Assembly (NCBI GenBank): GCA_046563655.1
Contig: CM102283.1
Coordinates: 4,154,001-4,218,000, forward strand
Direction of reading: 5' to 3'
DNA length: 64,000 bases
From: Yuukianura sp. NJ FZ-2021
Taxonomy: Eukaryota
Shown: in pieces, positions 38,401 to 51,200 of the stretch
How the letters are laid out: every line of letters starts with the position of its first letter
Numbering within the stretch: position 1 is the stretch's first letter
Program-made: the position numbers and the translations under genes
Notes under the pieces: generated by a model
Told to the model about the DNA's origin: nothing
The model's input: the letters and a program-made list of their open reading frames with translations, nothing else
Database searches by the model: none

Positions 38401-41400
38401 GTTCCTGTAGTACTTTTCAGGAGGATTTCAGAAAAGTAACTCATTTTCACACGGCATCGCTCCGCGTGGAGGTTTTTCGAATAATTTGTTTTGAAACAAA
38501 TTTTCATAAAAAAAAGTCAGAAGATGAGGGACGAAACAGCAAGTGAAAGCGGGTTCCCGTAGCCCTTTTTATGAGGATTTCAAAAATATAGTTGACTCTT
38601 ACCTAGCATCGTTCCGGAATGCATTTCTTTTAAATTCTTTGTTTTGAAACTTGAATTTATATAAATAAAGGTAACAAGATGAGGCACGACACAGCAAGTG
38701 AAAGTGGGTTCCTGTAGCACTTTTTATGAGGATTTCAAAAATGTAGTTGACTTTTACCTAGCATCGTTCCGGAATGCATTTCTTTTAAATTCTTTGTTTT
38801 GAAACATGAATTTTCATAAATAAAGGTAACAAGATGAGGGACGACACGGCAAGTGAAAGTGGGTTCCTGTAGCACATTTTATGAGGGTTTCAAAAATGTA
38901 GTTGACTTTTACCTAGCATCGTTCCGGAATGCATTTCTTTTAAATTCTTTGTTTTGAAACTTGAATTTTTATAAATATAGGTAACAAGATGAGGCACGAC
39001 ACAGCAAGTGAAAGTGGGTTCCTGTAGCACTTTTTATGAGGATTTCAAAAATGTAGTTGACTTTTACCTAGCATCGTTCCGGAATGCATTTCTTTTGAAT
39101 TGTTTGTTTTGAAACTTGAATTTTCATAAATAAAGGTAACAAGATGAGGCACGACACAGCAAGTGAAAGTGGGTTCCTGTAGCACATTTTATGAGGGTTT
39201 CAAAAATGTAGTTGACTTTTACCTAGCATCGTTCCGGAATGCATTTCTTTTAAACTCTTTGTTTTGAAACTTGAATTTTTATAAATAAAGGTAACAAGAT
39301 GAGGCACGACACAGCAAGTAAAAGTGGGTTCCTGTAGCACTTTTTATGAGGATTTCAAAAATGTAGTTGACTTTTACCTAGCATCGTTCCGGAATGCATT
39401 TCTTTTGAATTCTTTTTTTTGAAACTTGCATTTTCATAAATAAAGGTAACAAGATGAGGCACGACACAGCAAGTGAAAGTGGGTTCCTGTAGCACTTTTT
39501 ACGAGGATTTCAAAAATGTAGTTGACTTTTACCTAGCATCGTTCCGGAATGCATTTCTTTTGAATTCTTTGTTTTGAAACTTGAATTTTCATAAATAAAG
39601 GTAACAAGATGAGGCACGACACAGCAAGTGAAAGTGGGTTCGTGTAGCACTTTTTATGAGGATTTCAAAAATGTAATTTACTTTCTGTTCATTCTCACAT
39701 TTGCATGTTCACTCTCACAAATTTAAGTCGTTTTGTGTCAAAATGGTGCTCGACATTGCCCTGGGTGCCGTATTCCAACCCGAGATAAAATCCGAGGTTG
39801 AGCGGTTCATTCAGACTTTCAAGTACGCTCTAACCAGATTTAATTGCGATCTATCTACGCCAATTAAACTTGGGTTCCTGTAGTACTTTTCAGGAGGATT
39901 TCAGAAAAGTAACTCATTTTCACACGGCATCGCTCCGCGTGGAGGTTTTTCGAATAATTTGTTTTGAAACAAATTTTCATAAAAAAAGTCAGAAGATGAG
40001 GGACGACACAGCAAGTGAAAGCGGGTTCCCGTAGCCCTTTTTATGAGGATTTCAAAAATATAGTTGACTTTTACCAAGCATCGTTCCGGAATGCATTTCT
40101 TTTGAATTCTATGTTTTGAAACTTGAATTTTCATAAATAAAGGTAACAAGATGAGGCACGACACAGCAAGTGAAAGTGGGTTCCTGTAGCACATTTTATG
40201 AGGGTTTCAAAAATGTAGTTGACTTTTACCTAGCATCGTTCCGGAATGCATTTCTTTTAAACTCTTTGTTTTGAAACTTGAATTTTTATAAATAAAGGTA
40301 ACAAGATGAGGCACGACACAGCAAGTGAAAGTGGGTTCCTGTAGCACTTTTTATGAGGATTTCAAAAATGTAGTTGACTTTTACCTAGCATCGTTCCGGA
40401 ATGCATTTCTTTTAAATTCTTTGTTTTGAAACATGAATTTTCATAAATAAAGGTAACAAGATGAGGGACGACACGGCAAGTGAAAGTGGGATCCTGTAGC
40501 ACATTTTATGAGGGTTTCAAAAATGTAGTTGACTTTTACCTAGCATCGTTCCGGAATGCATTTCTTTTAAATTCTTTGTTTTGAAACTTGAATTTTTATA
40601 AATATAGGTAACAAGATGAGGCACGACACAGCAAGTGAAAGTGGGATCCTGTAGCACCTTTTATGAGGATTTCAAAAATGTAGTTGACTTTTACCCAGCA
40701 TCGTTCCGGAATGCATTTCTTTTGAATTCTTTGTTTTGAAACTTGAATTTTCATAAAGAAAGGTAACAAGATGAGGCACGACACAGCAAGTGAAAGTGGG
40801 TTCCTGTAGCACTTTTTATGAGGATTTCAAAAATGTAGTCGACTTTCTGTTCATTCTCACATTTGCGTGCTCAATCTCACAAATTTAAGTCGTTTTCGAC
40901 AAAATGGTGCTCGGCATTGCCCTGGGTGCCGTTTACCAACCCAAGATAAACTCCGAGGCAGAGCGGTTCATCCAGACTTTTAAGTACACTCTAACCAGAT
41001 TTAATGGCGATCTATCCACGCAAATCAAACTTGGGTTCCTGTAGTACTTTTCAGGAGGATTTCAGAAAAGTAACTCATTTTCACACGGCATTCCTCCGCG
41101 TGGAGGTTTTTCGAATAATTTGTTTTGAAACAAATTTTCATAAAAAAAATTCAGAAGATGAGGGACGAAACAGCAAGTGAAAGTGGGTTCCTGTAGCACT
41201 TTTTATGAGCATTTCAAAAATGTAATTTAGTTTCTGTTTATTCTCACATTTGCATGTTCATTCTCACAAATTTAAGTCGTTTTGTGTCAAAATGGTGCTC
41301 GACATTGCCCTGGGTGCCGTATTCCAACCCGAGATAAAATCCGAGGTTGAGCGGTTCATTCAGACTTTCAAGTACGCTCTAACCAGATTTAATTGCGATC

Positions 41401-44200
41401 TATCCACGCCAATTAAACTTGGGTTCCTGTAGTACTTTTCAGGAGGATTTCAGAAAAGTAACTCATTTTCACACGGCATCGCTCCGCGTGGAGGTTTTTC
41501 GAATAATTTGTTTTGAAACAAATTTTCATAAAAAAAGTCAGAAGATGAGGGACGAAACAGCAAGTGAAAGCGGGTTCCCGTAGCCCTTTTTATGAGGATT
41601 TCAAAAATATAGTTGACTCTTACCTAGCATCGTTCCGGAATGCATTTCTTTTAAATTCTTTGTTTTGAAACTTGAATTTATATAAATAAAGGTAACAAGA
41701 TGAGGCACGACACAGCAAGTGAAAGTGGGTTCCTGTAGCACTTTTTATGAGGATTTCAAAAATGTAGTTGACTTTTACCTAGCATCGTTCCGGAATGCAT
41801 TTCTTTTAAATTCTTTGTTTTGAAACATGAATTTTCATAAATAAAGGTAACAAGATGAGGGACGACACGGCAAGTGAAAGTGGGTTCCTGTAGCACATTT
41901 TATGAGGGTTTCAAAAATGTAGTTGACTTTTACCTAGCATCGTTCCGGAATGCATTTCTTTTAAATTCTTTGTTTTGAAACTTGAATTTTTATAAATATA
42001 GGTAACAAGATGAGGCACGACACAGCAAGTGAAAGTGGGTTCCTGTAGCACTTTTTATGAGGATTTCAAAAATGTAGTTGACTTTTACCTAGCATCGTTC
42101 CGGAATGCATTTCTTTTGAATTGTTTGTTTTGAAACTTGAATTTTCATAAATAAAGGTAACAAGATGAGGCACGACACAGCAAGTGAAAGTGGGTTCCTG
42201 TAGCACATTTTATGAGGGTTTCAAAAATGTAGTTGACTTTTACCTAGCATCGTTCCGGAATGCATTTCTTTTAAACTCTTTGTTTTGAAACTTGAATTTT
42301 TATAAATAAAGGTAACAAGATGAGGCACGACACAGCAAGTAAAAGTGGGTTCCTGTAGCACTTTTTATGAGGATTTCAAAAATGTAGTTGACTTTTACCT
42401 AGCATCGTTCCGGAATGCATTTCTTTTGAATTCTTTTTTTTTAAACTTGCATTTTCATAAATAAAGGTAACAAGATGAGGCACGACACAGCAAGTGAAAG
42501 TGGGTTCCTGTAGCACTTTTTACGAGGATTTCAAAAATGTAGTTGACTTTTACCTAGCATCGTTCCGGAATGCATTTCTTTTGAATTCTTTGTTTTGAAA
42601 CTTGAATTTTCATAAATAAAGGTAACAAGATGAGGCACGACACAGCAAGTGAAAGTGGGTTCGTGTAGCACTTTTTATGAGGATTTCAAAAATGTAATTT
42701 ACTTTCTGTTCATTCTCACATTTGCATGTTCACTCTCACAAATTTAAGTCGTTTTGTGTCAAAATGGTGCTCGACATTGCCCTGGGTGCCGTATTCCAAC
42801 CCGAGATAAAATCCGAGGTTGAGCGGTTCATTCAGACTTTCAAGTACGCTCTAACCAGATTTAATTGCGATCTATCTACGCCAATTAAACTTGGGTTCCT
42901 GTAGTACTTTTCAGGAGGATTTCAGAAAAGTAACTCATTTTCACACGGCATCGCTCCGCGTGGAGGTTTTTCGAATAATTTGTTTTGAAACAAATTTTCA
43001 TAAAAAAAAGTCAGAAGATGAGGGACGACACAGCAAGTGAAAGCGGGTTCCCGTAGCCCTTTTTATGAGGATTTCAAAAATATAGTTGACTTTTACCAAG
43101 CATCGTTCCGGAATGCATTTCTTTTGAATTCTATGTTTTGAAACTTGAATTTTCATAAATAAAGGTAACAAGATGAGGCACGACACAGCAAGTGAAAGTG
43201 GGTTCCTGTAGCACATTTTATGAGGGTTTCAAAAATGTAGTTGACTTTTACCTAGCATCGTTCCGGAATGCATTTCTTTTAAACTCTTTGTTTTGAAACT
43301 TGAATTTTTATAAATAAAGGTAACAAGATGAGGCACGACACAGCAAGTAAAAGTGGGTTCCTGTAGCACTTTTTATGAGGATTTCAAAAATGTAGTTGAC
43401 TTTTACCTAGCATCGTTCCGGAATGCATTTCTTTTGAATTCTTTTTTTTGAAACTTGCATTTTCATAAATAAAGGTAACAAGATGAGGCACGACACAGCA
43501 AGTGAAAGTGGGTTCCTGTAGCACTTTTTACGAGGATTTCAAAAATGTAGTTGACTTTTACCTAGCATCGTTCCGGAATGCATTTCTTTTGAATTCTTTG
43601 TTTTGAAACTTGAATTTTCATAAATAAAGGTAACAAGATGAGGCACGACACAGCAAGTGAAAGTGGGTTCGTGTAGCACTTTTTATGAGGATTTCAAAAA
43701 TGTAATTTACTTTCTGTTCATTCTCACATTTGCATGTTCACTCTCACAAATTTAAGTCGTTTTGTGTCAAAATGGTGCTCGACATTGCCCTGGGTGCCGT
43801 ATTCCAACCCGAGATAAAATCCGAGGTTGAGCGGTTCATTCAGACTTTCAAGTACGCTCTAACCAGATTTAATTGCGATCTATCTACGCCAATTAAACTT
43901 GGGTTCCTGTAGTACTTTTCAGGAGGATTTCAGAAAAGTAACTCATTTTCACACGGCATCGCTCCGCGTGGAGGTTTTTCGAATAATTTGTTTTGAAACA
44001 AATTTTCATAAAAAAAGTCAGAAGATGAGGGACGACACAGCAAGTGAAAGCGGGTTCCCGTAGCCCTTTTTATGAGGATTTCAAAAATATAGTTGACTTT
44101 TACCAAGCATCGTTCCGGAATGCATTTCTTTTGAATTCTATGTTTTGAAACATGAATTTTCATAAATAAAGGTAACAAGATGATGGACGACACAGCAAGT
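35400..44200. repeat. Array 1 domain III: A+B insert pairs, with 697-bp, ~1008-bp and ~3022-bp duplications
   Basis: ORF-track spacings are 35483-36180 (697), 37574-40596 and 38228-41250 (3022), 39701-42722 (3021) and 42722-43730 (1008). Private variants include gagcattt, aatatagg, ggttcgtg and ctatctacg. Confidence 0.88.
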
Positions 44201-44552
44201 GAAAGTGGGTTCCTGTAGCACTTTTTATGAGGATTTCAGAAAAGTAACTCATTTTCGCAAGGCATCGCTCCGCGTAGAGGTTTTTCGAATGATTTGTTTT
44301 GAAACAAATTTTCATAAAAAAGGGTCACGAGATGAGGGACGACACAGCAACTGAACGTGGGTTCCTGTAGCACTTTTTATGAGAATTTCAAAAATACAGT
44401 TGACTTTTACCCAGCATCGTTCTGGAATGCATTTCTTTTGAATTCTTTGTTTTGAAACATGGATTTTCATAAATAAATGTAACAAGATGATGGACGACAC
44501 AGCAAGTGAAAGTGGGTTCCTGTAGCCCTTTTTATGAGGATTTCAAAAATAC

Positions 44553-45217
44553 AGTTGAAAATTAAGGCTATACACTATCTAATTCCACTCTAACGCTGTT
44601 CTACAGTGGGGTTTGATGTGCCAACTTTTATTTTAGAAATAGTTTCGTTTGTTTTTTAAGTTGAAAATTAATGCTATACAGACACTATCTAATTCCACTC
44701 TAACGCTATTCTACAATGGTGTTTGATATGCCAAATTTTAGTTTAGGAATAGTCTCGCTTGTGTTTTAAGTTGAAATTAGGTATTCTTTGGAACAGCTAT
44801 TTTATTAAAACCCGCTTGCATTTGGACAAAAAGTAAAGTGGATTTTTCTTTAAAATTTCAATGTGCAACGTCTAGATTATAAGTCTATACCGACACTATC
44901 TAATTCCACTCTAACGCTATTCTACATTAGGGTTTGATGTGCCAACTTTTAGTTTAGGAATAGTTTCGCATGTGTTTTAAATTAAAATTTGATATGCTTT
45001 GGAACAGCTATTTTATTAAAACCCGCTTGCATTTGGACAAAAAGTAAAGTGGATTTTTCTTCAAAATTTCAATGTGCGACGTCTAGATTATAAGTCTATA
45101 CAGACACTATCTAATTCCACTCTAACGCCATTTTACAATGGTGTTTGATGTGCCAACTTTTAGTCGAGGAATAGATTCGCTTTTGTTTCAAGTTGAAATT
45201 AGATAGGAAATTAGATA
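44553..45217. repeat. Junction block: short diverged tandem repeat, ~211-bp unit (110 + 211 + 211 + truncated unit)
   Basis: cactatctaattccactctaacgc occurs at 44573, 44683, 44894 and 45105. The segment tttggaacagctattttattaaaacccgcttgcatttggacaaaaagtaaagtgg occurs twice. It is unrelated to either flanking satellite. Confidence 0.92.
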
Positions 45218-48200
45218 CTGTCGGCACGCCTAAAAAGAAGACTGCTGTCACGAGCCAAAAGCGAGGGGCAATTGACAACTACAGTGGGTCTCCTTGCGGT
45301 CAGATAATGATGTGGTTATTTAGAGACATTTTGTAACATTTTGTGACATTCGACGACAAAAAACGACAAATGTTGAACTTTAGTTAATTCGACAAACATG
45401 CTTCTGTGGGCTTATGTTTGACGAGATTTACTCGACACACGTCTCTTGAGGTAAGTGGTTCGATAAACCACCTTGAGATGAAGAATAGAAAGCGTTATGT
45501 TTATTTGACCGGGAGTAAACAGGGAATTCATCTCGTTGTTATTTGTTTTCCAATATTTACTTTATAGTGTCGGCACGCCTAAAAAGAAGACCGCTGTCAC
45601 GAGCCAAATGCTATGGGCAATTGACAACTACAGTAGGTCTCCATGCGGTCAGATAATGATGTGGTTATTTAGAGACATTTTGTAACATTTTGTGACATTC
45701 GACGACAAAAAATGACAAATGTTGAAGTTCAGTTAATTTGACAAACATGCTTCTGTTAGCTTATGTTTGACGAGATTTACTCGACACGCGTTTCGTGATG
45801 TAAGCCGTTCGAAAAACCACCTTGAGATGAAGAATAGGAAGCGTTCTGTTTATTTCACCGGGAGGTAAATATGGAATTCATCTCGTTGTTATTTGTTGGG
45901 CAATATTTACTTTACACTGTCGGCACGCCTAAAAAGAAGACCGCTGTCACGAGCCAAATGCAAGGTGCTATTGACAACTACAGTAGGTCTCCATGTGGTC
46001 AGATGATGATGTGGTTATTTAGAGACATTTTGTAACATTTTGTGACATTCGACGACAAAAAGCGACAAATGTTGAAGTTCAGTTAATTTGACAAACATGC
46101 TTCTGTGAGCTTATGTTTGACGAGATTTACTCGACACACGTCTCTTGAGGTAAGTGGTTCGATAAACCACCTTGAGATGAAGAATAAGAAGCGTTATGTT
46201 TATTTGACCGGGAGTAAACAGGGAATTCATCTCGTTGTTATTTGTTTTCCAATATTTACTTTATCTTGTCGGCACGCCTAAAAAGAAGACCGCTGTCACG
46301 AGCCAACTGCTATGGGCAATTGACAACTACAGTGGGTCTCCTTGCGGTCAGATAATGATGTGGTTATTTAGAGACATTTTGTAACATTTTGTGACATTCG
46401 ACGACAAAAAATGACAAATGTTGAAGTTCAGTTAATTTGACAAACATGCTTCTGTTAGCTTATGTTTGACGAGATTTACTCGACACGCGTTTCGTGATGT
46501 AAGCCGTTCGAAAAACCACCTTGAGATGAAGAATAGGAAGCGTTCTGTTTATTTCACCGGGAGGTAAATATGGAATTCATCTCGTTGTTATTTGTTGGGC
46601 AATATTTACTTTACACTGTCGGCACGCCTAAAAAGAAGACCGCTGTCACGAGCCAAATGCAAGGTGCTATTGACAACTACAGTAGGTCTCCATGTGGTCA
46701 GATGATGATGTGGTTATTTAGAGACATTTTGTAACATTTTGTGACATTCGACGACAAAAAGCGACAAATGTTGAAGTTCAGTTAATTTGACAAACATGCT
46801 TCTGTGAGCTTATGTTTGACGAGATTTACTCGACACACGTCTCTTGAGGTAAGTGGTTCGATAAACCACCTTGAGATGAAGAATAAGAAGCGTTATGTTT
46901 ATTTGACCGGGAGTAAACAGGGAATTCATCTCGTTGTTATTTGTTTTCCAATATTTACTTTATCTTGTCGGCACGCCTAAAAAGAAGACCGCTGTCACGA
47001 GCCAAATGCTATGGGCAATTGACAACTACAGTGGGTCTCCTTGCGGTCAGATAATGATGTGGTTATTTAGAGACATTTTGTAACATTTTGTGACATTCGA
47101 CGACAAAAAACGACAAATGTTGAACTTTAGTTAATTCGACAAACATGCTTCTGTGGGCTTATGTTTGACGAGATTTACTCGACACACGTCTCTTGAGGTA
47201 AGTGGTTCGATAAACCACCTTGAGATGAAGAATAGAAAGCGTTATGTTTATTTGACCGGGAGTAAACAGGGAATTCATCTCGTTGTTATTTGTTTTCCAA
47301 TATTTACTTTATAGTGTCGGCACGCCTAAAAAGAAGACCGCTGTCACGAGCCAAATGCTATGGGCAATTGACAACTACAGTAGGTCTCCATGCGGTCAGA
47401 TAATGATGTGGTTATTTAGAGACATTTTGTAACATTTTGTGACATTCGACGACAACAAATGACAAATGTTGAAGTTCAGTTAATTTGACAAACATGCTTC
47501 TGTTAGCTTATGTTTGACGAGATTTACTCGACACGCGTTTCGTGATGTAAGCCGTTCGAAAAACCACCTTGAGATGAAGAATAGGAAGCGTTCTGTTTAT
47601 TTCACCGGGAGGTAAATATGGAATTCATCTCGTTGTTATTTGTTGGGCAATATTTACTTTACACTGTCGGCACGCCTAAAAAGAAGACCGCTGTCACGAG
47701 CCAAATGCAAGGTGCTATTGACAACTACAGTAGGTCTCCATGTGGTCAGATGATGATGTGGTTATTTAGAGACATTTTGTAACATTTTGTGACATTCGAC
47801 GACAAAAAGCGACAAATGTTGAAGTTCAGTTAATTTGACAAACATGCTTCTGTGAGCTTATGTTTGACGAGATTTACTCGACACACGTCTCTTGAGGTAA
47901 GTGGTTCGATAAACCACCTTGAGATGAAGAATAAGAAGCGTTATGTTTATTTGACCGGGAGTAAACAGGGAATTCATCTCGTTGTTATTTGTTTTCCAAT
48001 ATTTACTTTATCTTGTCGGCACGCCTAAAAAGAAGACCGCTGTCACGAGCCAACTGCTATGGGCAATTGACAACTACAGTGGGTCTCCTTGCGGTCAGAT
48101 AATGATGTGGTTATTTAGAGACATTTTGTAACATTTTGTGACATTCGACGACAAAAAATGACAAATGTTGAAGTTCAGTTAATTTGACAAACATGCTTCT

Positions 48201-51200
48201 GTTAGCTTATGTTTGACGAGATTTACTCGACACGCGTTTCGTGATGTAAGCCGTTCGAAAAACCACCTTGAGATGAAGAATAGGAAGCGTTCTGTTTATT
48301 TCACCGGGAGGTAAATATGGAATTCATCTCGTTGTTATTTGTTGGGCAATATTTACTTTACACTGTCGGCACGCCTAAAAAGAAGACCGCTGTCACGAGC
48401 CAAATGCAAGGTGCTATTGACAACTACAGTAGGTCTCCATGTGGTCAGATGATGATGTGGTTATTTAGAGACATTTTGTAACATTTTGTGACATTCGACG
48501 ACAAAAAGCGACAAATGTTGAAGTTCAGTTAATTTGACAAACATGCTTCTGTGAGCTTATGTTTGACGAGATTTACTCGACACACGTCTCTTGAGGTAAG
48601 TGGTTCGATAAACCACCTTGAGATGAAGAATAAGAAGCGTTATGTTTATTTGACCGGGAGTAAACAGGGAATTCATCTCGTTGTTATTTGTTTTCCAATA
48701 TTTACTTTATCTTGTCGGCACGCCTAAAAAGAAGACCGCTGTCACGAGCCAAATGCTATGGGCAATTGACAACTACAGTGGGTCTCCTTGCGGTCAGATA
48801 ATGATGTGGTTATTTAGAGACATTTTGTAACATTTTGTGACATTCGACGACGAAAAACGACAGATGTTGAAGTTCAGTTAATTTGACAAACATGCTTCTG
48901 TGGGCTTATGTTTGACGAGATTTACTCGACACGCGTTTCGTGAGGTAAGCCGTTCGAAAAACCACCTTGAGATGAAGAATAGGAAGCGTTCTGTTTATTT
49001 CACCGGGAGGTAAATATGGAATTCATCTCGTTGTTATTTGTTGGGCAATATTTACTTTACACTGTCGGCAAGCCTTAAAAAAAGACCGCTGTAACGAGCC
49101 AAATGCAAGGGGCTATTGACAACTACGGTGGGTCTCCTTGCGGTCAGATAATGATGTGGTTATTTAGAGACATTTTGTAACATTTTGTGACATTCGACGA
49201 CAAAAAACGACAAATGTTGAAGTTCAGTTAATTTGACAAACATGCTTCTGTGAGCTTATGTTTGACGAGATTTACTCGACACACGTCTCTTGAGGTAAGT
49301 GGTTTGATAAACCACCTTGAGATGAAGAATAGGAAGCGTTATGTTTATTTGACCGGGAGTAAACAGGGAATTCATCTCGTTGTTATTTGTTTTCCAATAT
49401 TTACTTTATAGTGTCGGCACGCCTAAAAAGAAGACCGCTGTCACGAGCCAAATGCTATGGGCAATTGACAACTACAGTGGGTCTCCTTCCGGTCAGATAA
49501 TGATGTGGTTATTTAGAGACATTTTGTAACATTTTGTGACATTCGACGACGAAAAACGACAAATGTTGAAGTTCAGTTAATTTGACAAAGATGCTTCTGT
49601 GGGCTTATGTTTGACGAGATTTACTCGACACGCGTTTCGTGAGGTAAGCCGTTTGAAAAACCACCTTGAGATGAAGAATAGGAAGCGTTCTGTTTATTTC
49701 ACCGGGAGGTAAATATGGAATTCATCTCGTTGTTATTTGTTGGGCAATATTTACTTTACACTGTCGGCAAGCCTTAAAAAAAGACCGCTGTAACGAGCCA
49801 AATGCAAGGGGCTATTGACAACTACAGTAGGTCTCCATGTGGTCAGATAATGATGTGGTTATTTAGAGACATTTTGTAACATTTTGTGACATTCGACGAC
49901 GAAAAACGACAGATGTTGAAGTTCAGTTAATTTGACAAACATGCTTCTGTGAGCTTATGTTTGACGAGATTTACTCGACACACGTCTCTTGAGGTAAGTG
50001 GTTTGATAAACCACCTTGAGATGAAGAATAGGAAGCGTTATGTTTATTTGACCGGGAGTAAACAGGGAATTCATCTCGTTGTTATTTGTTTTCCAATATT
50101 TACTTTATAGTGTCGGCACGCCTAAAAAGAAGACCGCTGTCACGAGCCAAATGCTATGGGCAATTGACAACTACAGTGGGTCTCCTTCCGGTCAGATAAT
50201 GATGTGGTTATTTAGAGACATTTTGTAACATTTTGTGACATTCGACGACGAAAAACGACAAATGTTGAAGTTCAGTTAATTTGACAAAGATGCTTCTGTG
50301 GGCTTATGTTTGACGAGATTTACTCGACACGCGTTTCGTGAGGTAAGCCGTTTGAAAAACCACCTTGAGATGAAGAATAGGAAGCGTTCTGTTTATTTCA
50401 CCGGGAGGTAAATATGGAATTCATCTCGTTGTTATTTGTTGGGCAATATTTACTTTACACTGTCGGCACGCCTAAAAAGAAGACCGCTGTCACGAGCCAA
50501 ATGCTATGGGCAATTGACAACTTCAGTGGGTCTCCTTGCGGTCAGATAATGATGTGGTTATTTAGAGACATTTTGTAACATTTTGTGACATTCGACGACA
50601 AAAAACGACAAATGTTGAAATTCAGTTAATTTGACAAACATGCTTCTGTGGGCTTATGTTTGACGAGATTTACTCGACACGCGTTTCGTGAGGTAAGCCG
50701 TTCGAAAAACCACCTTGAGATGAAGAATAGGAAGCGTTCTGTTTATTTCACCGGGAGGTAAATATGGAATTCATCTCGTTGTTATTTGTTGGGCAATATT
50801 TACTTTACACTGTCGGCAAGCCTTAAAAAAAGACCGCTGTAACGAGCCAAATGCAAGGGGCTATTGACAACTACAGTAGGTCTCCATGTGGTCAGATGAT
50901 GATGTGGTTATTTAGAGACATTTTGTAACATTTTGTGACATTCGACGACAAAAAGCGACAAATGTTGAAGTTCAGTTAATTTGACAAACATGCTTCTGTG
51001 AGCTTATGTTTGACGAGATTTACTCGACACACGTCTCTTGAGGTAAGTGGTTTGATAAACCACCTTGAGATGAAGAATAGGAAGCGTTATGTTTATTTGA
51101 CCGGGAGTAAACAGGGAATTCATCTCGTTGTTATTTGATTTCCAATATTTACTTTATAGTGTCGGCACGCCTAGAAAGAATACCGCTGTCACGAGCCAAA

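Larger units (their letters stand above)
1..44558. repeat. Satellite array 1: 155-bp AT-rich monomer, head-to-tail, with higher-order structure
   Basis: The monomer (gaaacttgaattttcataaa...gcaagtgaaagtgggttcctgtagcactttttatgaggatttcaaaaatgtagttgacttttacctagcatcgttccggaatgcatttcttttgaattctttgtttt) recurs every 155 bp, e.g. gaaacttga at 252 and 407. Orientation is the same throughout. It runs off the left edge and ends at ...aaaaatacagttga (~44558). Confidence 0.98.

Noticed and set aside
575-44500. Repeated minus-strand ORFs of 62-97 aa (MSCLILLPFF..., MSSIILLPVF..., MFQNKEFKRN...)
   Set aside because: They are translations of the 155-bp monomer, opened and closed by homopolymer indels, with no recognisable domain.
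1-44558. CRISPR-like repeat/spacer array
   Set aside because: Units are 155 bp, the interrupting segments are near-identical rather than unique spacers, and there are no cas genes.
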